Shown here in pieces: positions 53,207 to 64,000 of a stretch of 64,000 nucleotides of DNA. How positions within the stretch are numbered: the stretch's first letter is position 1; each line of letters opens with the position of its first letter. Origin of the DNA: Botryllus schlosseri. Taxonomy: Eukaryota. Where the stretch lies: contig CM119372.1 in NCBI GenBank assembly GCA_051294905.1, positions 27,778,001 to 27,842,000 of the forward strand. The letters run 5' to 3'. Below the pieces are notes generated by a model. The model was given only the letters and a program-made list of their open reading frames with translations, was not told the origin of the DNA and did not search any database. The position numbers and the translations under genes were made by a program.

Positions 53207-53790
53207 AACGCGCAAAGATGTTCTTCCTGCTTCTCAACAAAGCAATATAGTCTATGATTTCAAGTGCCACTGTGATTTTCGGTACGTGGGAAGAAGAACT
53301 CAGCGCTTGCAGGAACGCATCAAACAACATGTCCCGAGCGTATTAGATCGCGCACATTGGACTCTCGCGAAGATTCAGCCGTAACTGATCTGCAATTACT
53401 AAAACGTAATCAAGCCATGGCTCTGCCATCGGCAAGCATTTGGCTGAGAATGCAACTTGCGCTAAAAACTACCGCGATGAAAGATTCTCTATATTAGGTA
53501 GAGGCCGCACTCATTTCCATCTGTCTGCACTGGAATCGACTTATATAACAAAATCCAACGACCGCACTTGTGTCAGCAGAAGGAATTTTTAGTCAATCTA
53601 AAATTTGGCCACGAGCTGCGCTCGTGGTTTGCTTGTATTTCATGTTGTTTGTTTCTATGACGTCATAATTGGTTGTATGCAATGTAGCTAGTCGCATGTT
53701 TTTGAAATTCTCCATTTGCTGACGATTGCCCTTGAAGAGTGTCAGCTCGAAAAGCTTCGGGTTTTAATATATTTTGCAATGAATATATTA
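53207..53790 (+). pseudogene. Penelope-like GIY-YIG endonuclease and 3' end
   Basis: SNIVYDFKCHCDFRYVGRRTQRLQERIKQH, SAIGKHLAEN..C, LSALESTYI; continues the frame from 34979. Confidence 0.88.
53728..53762 (+). ncRNA. Degenerate minimal type-I hammerhead ribozyme at the Penelope 3' end
   Basis: GCCC-UUGAAGA-GUGUCAGCUC-GAAA-AGCU-UC-GGGU: helix I GCCC/GGGU, core variant (U3), short helix II, palindromic AGCU in place of helix III, UC site. Confidence 0.5.
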
Positions 53791-55737
53791 TTAAAACGTG
53801 TATTAAAGTTCTGTACCTTAAGACTACTTTACCGATACTTGACAGTTTCAGTTTTAGATAAGATTCGGAAACCAAGTAATTTTATAATAAACACAAGCTA
53901 ACTGAATGAATTTACTCAAATGTACTATGCCGCGCTGATAAGATAAATTATATTATACTTATCATGTTACAGTGTTTTTCAATAACGAAACTCTTTTACA
54001 GTATAAGCTAAGTAGTTTCATCATAAACATAAAAATACCTGGTGATGTTGATTTGTACTTATTTGCGGTATGTTTAATTAACTCATGAGCCTCTAAAATG
54101 TATGAGCCTCTAAAATGTAGTAAGCAGGGCGATGGGTATATTCGTTGAGTTGAATAAACATAAAAAAAAAAAATATTCCCGCGCCCTCCTAAACCTAACT
54201 CTTCCTAACCTAACAACCTTGGGCGCGGAAATATACTTTGGGCATCATCAACATAGTGTTTGTTCCAATATTGAAGTTCTGTACTTTCTTAAGCCCAAAT
54301 TGCAAACACTCCATAATATCCGACTCGGGTACATGTGCAATAAAATATGACCGAAAGATCAGGCTCTAATTGTTAACATGGTTTGACAGTAGGCTACCTC
54401 TTGTTATCAGAGCGGCCAACTACCTACTAATCGTTTAGTGGGAACCTGGAGGGTGATTGGTGGGTAATAGGTAAGAGATTTTATTGGTGCTCGGCTACTG
54501 TGGCTTTGTGCTTTGTGTTCGGCAGGAGTGTGAATTCTAAAATGGGCATTGCAGTGAAGTGCAGGCTAGTAATAATGTGCGACACCATAATATCAACACC
54601 ATGGTTCCTGGCAGCTTTGATGATTGTTGAGTGTCTCGGACAATATTGATAACCAATCTGCCTGCCCTCTTCGTTACGACCAGGTAGAGGTGACTAACGT
54701 AAACGTGACTAGTAGGGATGGTGAGAACCCCTGAAAGGTTCAGGTTCGTTTGAACGTGAACCTTTTTGAAAGGTTCTATGTGAACGTGAACGTGAACCGA
54801 TGACGTTACGTGACGTCATATTGCTTATTCCAGTCCTCACATTTCAGTGAAGTAATATACAAGATACATATAGCGACGACTCAGGCCACAATGCTGACGT
54901 ACATGCTGACTTTTTTAACGTCACTAGATGTATCAACCGGTGTAATCAAATACTATAATAATCCCATAAAATTCATATCTTCCCTGGCTTTGCCAACAAT
55001 TTCGATGAGGACTTGCAAGGGAATATAATATAACACCGTAACGGTTTAGGCCATACCTGACATTGTACAGTATTCGGCGTCTGACTCTTGCTACATTGAT
55101 ATTGAGCAGAGTGTAAAACGGGTTTCTATACTTGCTACCGATAGTACCCCATAAACAAGATATACAGTAGCCACTAGCCAACACCCCAATCGCACGGATT
55201 TGGTTTTTATGATACAATAAACATAAAAAATCAAGATGGATCCTGTACTGCTACTACTCACAGCACAGAGACACTAAATTTAGCGATGGTGTGATCACCT
55301 GAAAGGTTCAGGTTTGTGCGAACCCGAACGTTTTTGAAAGGTTTTGTGCGAACGCGAGCGTGAAAATGTGACGTCATATTGCTAATACCTAGCCCTACAT
55401 TTCATTGTACAAGATACCTAGCGACGACTCATGCCACATTATGCAACAATGCTGAAATACATGCTGACTTTTAAACGTCAGAACACGTATTAACTAGAGC
55501 TAGCAAAAGCTATATCTATATTATAATAATCACAAATAATCTATATTTTCCGTCGCTTTGCCAACAATTTCGACGAGGACTTGCAAGGGAATATAATTTA
55601 GCTGACGCCTCAACGGTCTAGGCCCGACCACACAATGTATTCAGCATCTGACTATTGATACATCAATTTACATCGAGGAGAGTGTAAAACGGGTTTCTGA
55701 ACTTGCTACCGGTATTGCGCTGTGAACAAGTTAGCAA

Positions 55738-56809
55738 ACACCGCACGGACGCGCTATATGGTGGTGGTGATTTAGCACCATTTAGAACTTCTTAATACGG
55801 CTACTTGCTCTGTTGAGTTAAGTTTTAACGATACCATGTATATACAAACCGACGGTGTAGCTATGGGTAGCCCTCTTGGCCTGATTTTAGCTATTATATT
55901 TGTGGGATTCCATGAAGACAAACTTTTCGCCGCAGATAAAACCAAGCCTCCATTCATGTACCGTCGCTATGTCGAGGACACCTTTGTTATCTGTCAAAAT
56001 GAGACGGAGTTCGATGGCTTTTTTGATAACTTGAATTCTCTACACTCGTCTTTAAAATTCACATTTGAAAGAGAGCACTAAAATTCACATTTGAAAGAGA
56101 GCGTGCTAACTCGTTACCATTCTTAAACGTTCTAGTGCAGTGGTTCCCAAATAGTAGGAAATTTCCCACTGGTGGGGAATTCAATGGCTTCTGGTGGGGA
56201 ATAGACGCATTTGTTAAACAGGATAGTCTTCATATTTACACATGCGCGATTACCGTTACCAGTTAACTGCTCTCTAATTTATGGAACGAAAATTATATTG
56301 CGTGTTGTTCACAAAAACTCATTTTTAACTGCAGATAACCAATGATGGAGTCACTAACGCATGCATCCATCACGACCAGTACCACGTGAAATATTGCTTT
56401 CGCTAAATTTTAAGGGTTAGCGGTATCGGTTCACATTACGTTTCATGTTGCCATTCTAGGCGATTGTCTTGCGTACTGGTGTGTGTTGTGTGTCTTGTGT
56501 ACTCAAACAAGTAAATAGCTGCTCCGTAATGACAAAAGTTAACAGGAAATACGACGATAGTTTTGGGTAGTGGGGAATGAAGATTCGGAGTAAATCTGAA
56601 GTGGGGAAGGAATACAAAAAGATTGGGAACCACTGTTCTAGTGGAAAAAACGGGGTATTAGCTTTGTCACTTCGGTTTACCGGAAGCCAACGTTTACAGG
56701 ACAATATATACGCTGGAATTCGTTTAGCCCGAATCGCCGTAAACTAATGTTTGATTGGCACATTGGTGCACAGAGCCTTGATGAAATGTTCGGATTTAAA
56801 ATTAAACGC
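55738..56809 (+). pseudogene. Penelope-like RT fragment inside the inner hAT element
   Basis: QTDGVAMGSPLG, RRYVEDTF, LKFTFE. Confidence 0.85.
56138..56635. mobile_element. 498-bp Buster/Charlie-type MITE
   Basis: TIR CAGTGGTTCCCAA; perfect TSD TTCTAGTG. Confidence 0.92.
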
Positions 56810-57080
56810 CTATACCTACCTACATGTGGTGTATTTCGTTCTTCCTGTTGTCTGATAGCGGGTAAGCTTACATAAGAGAGTCACTAAATACGCGCACACG
56901 GAAAGCTGATTATTTCGAGCAGACTTTTGCAACAAGGTGCATGCTCGTTTGGTGTTGATTTCTTTAAAGTTGCCAGCGCCATGCATAGATTGGTCCGAAG
57001 TTGAAATGCAATGAAATTCAACAAAAGATGCTTTATGACGTGAAGAATTGTAAAATATGAAAGAGGTTCACAGTGTAAAG

Positions 57081-58804
57081 CAGTGGTTCCCAACCTTTTT
57101 CGGTGTCAGGGCCAAATTTAGAATTTCAGAGTATAGTTGGGGCCGCACGAATACCAGGGCAATGAAACGGACCCAAAATAGTCATCAAAATATGAAAATT
57201 GGCATTGTTCCGATCAATCGCTTGACGCCATTGGCCATTGTTATGATCATGTGTTGCTGCGCTCCAATTGTTCAGAACAATCGACCTTTGGTAGCTATTT
57301 CGGAATAGTTATTGCCCTGGCGAGATTTCAATTAGTTTTTGGAATAGCTTTCGATAAACACCGGACCTATCAAATTATTCGGACGCTTAGGTCGTGAGCT
57401 ATAGGACTACCAATTATGCTGCTTTCGGGGCGGTTTAGTAAGTTAGCTTTAAACGCCTATAGACGTGCGAAGCGCGAAAATTTTCTGCAATTCATGATTG
57501 AATCGCTCAATATGATCGGGAATTGCATATATATTGCCATCAATTTTTCAGCCTCTCTCTGTTCACGTTATCAGTTTTACAGGTAGAGCCGATGCAGGTG
57601 CATGTGTTTGAAAAGATAGGCCCCTGAATAATAATTAAACGTCTTCGGGCGTATACCCGTTGGCAGGAGCAAAACAGCACTTCGTCAGTTCTCCCCCCCC
57701 CCCCCCCCCCCCAAAAAAAAAAAAACTTTTGTCTTGGGATCCCATAGGGTGATAAACCTACTCCCTATCACCTTGTTCGCTTTTGCCACGAAACTAATTG
57801 TACTTGTACTGCTTAGTGAGCCAGCGGGAAGCGCGAAAATTTTCGATAATTCATGATAAAATCGGTCAATATGATCGGGAATCGCATATATGTTGCTATA
57901 AATTTGTTGTCCTGGCTGGTCACGTAATCAGATTTACCGGTAGAGCCGAGTGAGGTGTCTTGGAAACTGTAGGGCCCATTAGTATGATTCCGTAACATTT
58001 TATTTCGTGACCTCCTGTTTGCTATATCAAAAATATATAGAATCGCCCAAACGTAGGCTTCTAAACTAAAAGACGCACACGATTTCAAATTGGTATTTCT
58101 TCACTAGAATATTTTTTTTTCCTGCGGAATGGTTTTGTCTCGTGAGGTTCAGATTGACAAGACAGTATTTTGTATATATATAGAAAAGTTTTCGGTCAGC
58201 ATAAGGGCAGTCCTGTTCGGCCAAAGTTTTCTCGCTGCCGATCGTTAAACACACTTCTTGGAGTCGCATACATGACCGAAAACTTAATATGTCTTGGTGT
58301 GTTGTGGCGCGGAAATGGCCAATGCCCATATGCCCAATGCCCATTTCTATAAATCTTGCGCACTTTTTTCTTGGGGATGAGTACCCAAAAATTAAGATAT
58401 TTGGCAGCATGAAATCACGCCGAGACCGAAAAAACTGAAAAAGATGCATAAATTTTCAAAAAATACTCTATAATTTATGCTAATTCACGAAATAATTTTG
58501 GGCCCCGTTCGAGCTGAAATTGGGGGTTTGGCGTGTGGCAGTTATGGTCCTGTCCTGTCTTTACCTATATCTATAGCTACTGCTCATTCAACTGGAAAGT
58601 TATGGCACATTGCATTGAAACAACAGTGACGTAACGATACCAGTCTACTCACGACTTTCCTGCAATCCTAATTAAAAACTGCAGACTCCAAGCCAAGCAG
58701 GTGTATTTCATAAATATAGACTTAATTTTTTGTCATTGCTCGATTTCTTAATATTTTGTGGGGCCGCAAGAAGGCTAGCTGGGGGCCGCGGTTGGGAATC
58801 ACTG
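57081..58804. mobile_element. 1.7-kb Buster/Charlie-type non-autonomous hAT element
   Basis: CAGTGGTTCCCAACC / GGTTGGGAATCACTG; TSD GTGTAAAG / GTGTAGAG. Confidence 0.85.
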
Positions 58805-59320
58805 GTGTAGAGCCTAGCAAGGTCCGTTTGTGAACCTGAACATCAAAATTTGTAAGGTTCAGACGCAGAGCGTGAACGTAAACCTCACGTTCACACCATC
58901 GCTACTAAATATTCACACACGGAAAGCTGATTATTTCGAGCAAACTTTTGTAACAACGCAAGTAAAGATTTTGAGATTGATAAGGTGCATGCTCGTTTAG
59001 CGTGGATTTTTTATGCTGCCAGCGCCATGCATATAGTCCGCAGTTGAAATGCAAAGAATTTCAACCAAGGATGTTCTAATGACGCGAGGAAATTAAATAT
59101 GTGAAAAAGGTTCACAGGTAAGAACCTACCAAGGTTCGTTTGTGAACGTGAACATCTAAATTTGTGAGGTTCACACACAGAACGCGAACGTAAACCTCAT
59201 ACTCATACCATCCCTAGTGACTAGTATTGAACGCTCAGAAAGACTCCGGCAAAGCATAACTATCGTAAACAATCTGATTATCATGACTTTTGGACTGTAG
59301 AGCAAGAAGTGCACTTAAAC

Positions 59321-60803
59321 CAGTGGTTCTTAACCTTTTTTCCCCCAGCGCCCCCTTTCAAAAATTATCGTGCTCCAGCCCCCCCCCCCCCCCAACTTCA
59401 TAATGTAAGGAATGTAATAAAGACAATGAGTAAGAGGGAGGGCCGTAACAGCACTTCGTCAACCCCCTAAAAACGATTGCCTTGCGCACCCATAGCGTGA
59501 TAAACCGAACTTCTGAGGGCTTCGCCCCCACGAACCCCCTATCGTGATTTCGATGGTCAGCAAAGTTTGTGTGGCCTGGTCGCTATAAGTACCAAAATTT
59601 TCTATAATGCATGAATGAATAGGTGGTAATTACATATATAAGTCACGATAAACTGAGTGAGCTGTTGTATAGGACGATAATGGGCACGTAATTAATAATT
59701 GAACATATTCGGGCGTGCCCGCATGTACAATTATTCGTTACCAGGGCCGTAACAGCACTTCGTCAGCCCCCCCCCCCCAAACAAAAAACGTTGGTCCTGG
59801 GCCCCTATCGGGTGATAAACCAAGCTTCCGGGGGACTTCACTCCCAGACCCCCATTAGGCTGTCCTCCATTTGCTGAAAGCCTGTTAGGTATCTACATTG
59901 GGTGTCCATTTACTGAGGCAGCTATTCTCGCCTAGTCGCGCGAAGCGCGAAAAATTTCACTAATTAATGATTGAATTGGTCAATATCATCGGGAATTGCA
60001 TGTAAATTGAGATTAATTTTTATCCTCTCTCTGCTCACGTAAACACATTTATCGGTAGAGCTGAGTGAGGTGCAATGTTCCCTCTAAGCTGCGCCCGTGC
60101 GCAGTGCTGACACGGTCTCTGCGCACAGAAAATCTACGTTGCGCACAACAAATCCGAAGTTATTACCTTTTTTTAGTCGATACGCTGTTGTCCAGGGGTC
60201 AGCGCAGTGAGTTGTTGAGTGTGCGCAGACTCATCAAAACTTGAAGCGAACATTGTGAGGTTTCTTGGAAACTGTAGGGCCCGTTACTAATAATTAAACA
60301 TATTCGGGCGGGCGAACCCGTTGGTATGACTTCGTTGCATGATGTTATTTCGTGACCCCCTGTCTGCAATATCAAAAAATATAGAATCGCTCAACGGGGA
60401 TATCGCCCAACAGGAATATCCCTGTCGCCCAATCGTACTAAACTAAAAGACGCACACGATTTCAGATTGGTATTTCTTCACTGACATACGTCTTCCGGGG
60501 TTCAGATTGCCAAGACAGGAACATTCGGTGTCAGTCATTTAGGCGCCCATGGACAATTAAACCTATATGTATTTTGAAGGCTATATATATGTAACGAAGT
60601 TTTCGGGGTTAATTTGCTCTGAATACTCATTAAGGATATGTCCTATCCCCACATCATCCACTGTGAAGCCATTTTTCTCCAGCGCCCCCCATACCGCCCC
60701 CCTGAGCCCAGCGCCCCCCATATCGCCCCCTGAGCGTTTCCGCCCCCCTTAAAAATCGCCAGCGCCCCCTGGGGGGCGCTGGGGGCAAGGTTAAGAACCA
60801 CTG
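59321..60803 (-). mobile_element. Copy B of the 28683-30235 element, inverted
   Basis: Same TIR and body in reverse complement; own perfect TSD ACTTAAAC. Confidence 0.93.
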
Positions 60804-61327
60804 ACTTAAACTGTCTGATAGTCCAGCTATATTTGTCCGTTTGAATAAAAAATCATTGATTGTGAGATACAAGAGAAATCCTTCGCCAGTTGAGTTTTTA
60901 AATTTATATGGAAACATGGTGGTTTCAGAACACGATTTTGTTATCCGCTCGTCTCTACGCCCGACTGACAGTGGGTTACGGAAGTAGTTTTGGACGTAAC
61001 CTTTGAAGACAGTCCAACGTTCCCAACCCCCATCGAAGGATGACAATTCAACCAAGCGGGGCTTCACATCGATTCGTGTGACCTTGACCGTACGCTTGAA
61101 CCATAGCATAAGTTGCCATCATATATACACATCAATCGATCAGCCCGCCATTACACAATGAGTCACGCCAGGGGAACTTTTCCGTATCGTCGGGGTACAC
61201 ACCATGGAGATCTAGAAAGATTATATTGTCACACGCAGAAAATTATAGCAAAGAATACAATAACCTTCAGAATATTCGCTTGATAATAAAAGATTATTCA
61301 AGACAACCGAGTTTTGATTATACGCAG

Positions 61328-61601
61328 ATAGCAGCCGTACTCAATTGATCCGGAGATCATTCATCGACACGATGGGTCAGCCAGGCAGGACAATTTCTAG
61401 TTTAGGAATCCACTCATCGCCCGACAGTGAGCTACGCAATTTTGCATGCAGCCTCGAAAATGATACCAAGAATACATATATATCCCACTCATTTGAACCG
61501 GAAATCACTAACCGTAACGACATCACACCTTCAGTCACAGAAAATATTGATCGCGGCAATCCGTCACGAGGGAAAATCCTCACGGCAATTCTGCAAAATG
61601 C
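61328..61601 (+). CDS. Candidate exon of an unidentified host gene
   Basis: Acceptor TATACGCAG, donor GTAAGT; 274-nt open frame (SSRTQLIRRSFIDT...ILTAILQN), phase 1 to 2. Confidence 0.45.
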
Positions 61602-62832
61602 GTAAGTCCGTTATCCTTCGTTTCTGTATTATATTAGAGAATTTCGTTTCTTTATTATAAAATGATGAATGCGGGGATTCCGCCCAAAACATAACTACTT
61701 GGGTTGATCCCCAGACTCCACTGGAGACACAGCATGATGCATCATCAACTCACTGATCACCACTTCTTTGCGTTGACTTCCAAACTGCTTATGATCACAT
61801 AGAGAATATACCCGAAATCAAATCAAACAAATTTATTTCTCATAATTTTTCAACCGAAAGCAAACTCCATTTCATCATACCATTTGGACAAGATATAAAT
61901 TGCATGTTCGGAGTGATTGATTACGAGAACAATATTGAAGAAAGTGCAGCTATATGTTGTCCTAAATTGTGTGGACACAGCCAGATGGAACGGCTCACTG
62001 CATATGAGTTCCGTCGTACTTTCCATTTGGCCAAAGGCAATTTTGCGGCCATTTTTGACTAGCTCGCCGATCGCTAAATTTGATAAAACGGGTATCAATG
62101 GAAAGTTGCTGCTGCAATGATTACGAAAATATCAATTTTATTCGGCGCATAGTCCCGGAACCTCCAACACCAGACTCGATTTTTGGATTGTGATGAAGTT
62201 CGGAATTGTGACGCAACAACTCTGTGTGGCTCCTGCTCCTGAGCTGCGTTCCCGTTTTGACCGACAGCTTTGTTGCGTCACAATTTCAAACTGAATACGG
62301 GAATCAACCTTGAGTCCTTTTGGACTTTGGATACCTGTCCCACATCTAAATTTTGTCTCTTATCCGTGGCAAGTTTCATTCATCAGAACAAAATCAACGC
62401 GTGCACAGTTTATCACTAATCCATATTTGCCTCCAGCCTTGCGTGAGTTAGCAGACCGAGTTACAAAATGCGGATAACGTTTCTTGAAATCCAGCAATCA
62501 TCCGTCATGACATGAGAACTGGAATTGTTGTTTTGTGCAGTTGGAGGTATAGATGCTGTAGTTGTTGATGGTAAAGATATGCCCATGATTGCTCGGAAAA
62601 TGGAAAAATATTTCATCCACAACATACATACTGATCGTATAAAGCAGGGGGCCCAAACACGCAGCCCGCATGAACGTTTTGTTTGGCCCGCGACAGCATT
62701 TTTGGATTTCAAGTATTCGACAATTTATTCAACGGCCACATAACTTTTCTAGATTTGAGAACTTAAAGTTTATTCTAAAACTGCTCCAAAACCCCGAAAT
62801 CCCATCAAACTCCACTATCGCATCACTTGCAA

Positions 62833-63096
62833 GGTGGCGAGATAACGTACAGGTATGATCCTCAGCTACAACACCAACCACCGACCGAGGTCAACTCCAG
62901 AATTCCTTCCCAAGTGTTGAAGGTTTATAGGCTCCTACTCGCCATGTTATCCACGTAAGCAGTGTCTTATAAAAGCCTGGAGGTGGGCCATGTTACAAGT
63001 CGGTAAATACGGAATCAAAAATAAAGAATATCGACATGGTATAAGATGACCAATGTAGCCGAAACACCATGAATATCGAACAAACAAGCAAACAAC
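62833..63096 (+). mobile_element. tRNA-derived SINE copy (same family as 25085-26929)
   Basis: GGTGGCGAGATAACGTA..., CCGACCGAGGTCAACTCCAG, AATAAAGAATATCG...GTAGCCGAAACACCATGAA, ACAA-rich tail. Confidence 0.6.
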
Positions 63097-63456
63097 ACTT
63101 TCAGAAGCTACCATATGTTTGATGATCAGTTTTATGTCACATTTCTAGTTCATCACGATAAACATGACCAGTTGATGATTCGCGACCGAAAACTGTAATT
63201 TGGACTTGGGCGCGACCGTTCGTGTAATTATTCGAATTCGGACTGACTGGGTGATAAAATGAACTTGATTCGAGTTGAGTCGGGTCAAACGTCAAAATCA
63301 GACGACTTCTGACTCGGAACGCCATGACTTCGCACGACCACGGTCGCAACAAACTATAGCCATATATGAAGAGACCGTATAGCTTGCGTTGTGTAGAGTA
63401 TATAGTTATCTAATCAGGTCAGGATTGAAACCATTGGCATTTTGTTGTCCTCATAG

Positions 63457-63519
63457 TTATCTACATCCTGGGAGATCTTTGGTCTCATTATCCACGGTAT
63501 TATCACGTGGGGCGATAAA
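63457..63519 (+). CDS. Candidate exon (YLHPGRSLVSLSTVLSRGAI)
   Basis: Acceptor TTTTGTTGTCCTCATAG, donor GTGAGT; phase 2 to 2, compatible with 61328-61601 and micro-exon 63947-63964. Confidence 0.35.
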
Positions 63520-64000
63520 GTGAGTGCATGGTACGTTCCACAGTTGTTACATCAATGGATTCTTTGGCGACCGAGCATTTATATTCCAGGGGTTCTTAAC
63601 AAGGGGTCCTTGGACCCCTTGGGGCTACGAAGCACCACATCAGGGGGTACATCTTATACCGTGTCAAGCTTGGGGTATAGTATGTAGCACGATGGTCATT
63701 TTCAGAGTGCCTTGCGAAGGAATACCCCGACAGCTCTTTAGCGTGGAAACGTTTCAGTTTGACATGTCTCCGACTTAAATTCCCTGTCCTTATTAGATCC
63801 ATTGAATATTTGAATGCGGTCGTTGTCATTAGTATATTGTTTTCGGTATGAGTGAGCCATCAGGGATTACTTTAACGTGTTATGTGCCAGCGGCTTGCCT
63901 GCCAGATCGCAACAACGCATCCCGTAATCTAATTTTGCAATTTCAGGCGCGTAGCCAAACAGCCGTGAGTACTGGACAGTCGAACGCAGTGGTTCTTAAC

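Larger units (their letters stand above)
54419..56809 (+). repeat. Probable source copy of the 2.4-kb duplication
   Basis: Matches 32350-34712; only here are the contained hAT left ends paired with right ends. Confidence 0.9.
55281..58904. mobile_element. Inner element of the same family, nested in 54713-59216
   Basis: 14-bp perfect TIR TAGCGATGGTGTGA; imperfect TSD CTAAAT-T / CTAAATAT; left and right bodies parallel those of the outer element. Confidence 0.8.
54713..59216. mobile_element. Outer hAT-type non-autonomous element with GAACGTGAAC subterminal repeats
   Basis: TIR TAGGGATGGT / ACCATCCCTA; perfect TSD GTGACTAG (54705-54712, 59217-59224). Confidence 0.88.

Noticed and set aside
32350..56809. 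2.4-kb direct repeats as LTRs of one giant retroelement
   Set aside because: No TG...CA ends, PBS, PPT or TSD; the repeat is a mosaic of hAT and Penelope pieces.
60654..61109. 151-aa minus-strand ORF as a gene
   Set aside because: Its C-terminal third is read from the MITE terminus and the rest has no recognisable motif.

Overview
Eukaryotic (invertebrate-like, probably marine; taxon not determinable here) genomic DNA dominated by transposable elements. The centrepiece is a 12,731-bp almost perfect palindrome (36198-48928): two ~5,983-bp inverted arms around a 764-bp unique loop, AGTAGT...ACTACT termini and a 6-bp target-site duplication (GACGGC). These are Polinton/Maverick hallmarks, but no recognisable protein is encoded, so it looks like a non-autonomous snap-back Polinton derivative. 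It interrupts ORF1 of a full-length I-group LINE (34980-53193; gag-like ORF1, APE-RT-RNase H ORF2, (TAA)n tail, 13-bp TSD). The LINE in turn interrupts a Penelope-like element (RT and GIY-YIG, with a degenerate minimal hammerhead ribozyme), which also carries a ~2.4-kb copy of a segment found 22 kb downstream. A second, diverged orphan Polinton-type terminus starts at 31115. The rest is more than 10 hAT-type non-autonomous elements (many with 8-bp TSDs, several nested), tRNA-derived SINEs, an R4-like and an older I-group LINE relic. There are also phase-compatible exons of two probable host genes: a secreted or membrane Cys-rich, mucin-stalk glycoprotein on the minus strand (16161-23270) and a weaker plus-strand candidate (61328-63964). 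All calls were made by eye, without database searches.
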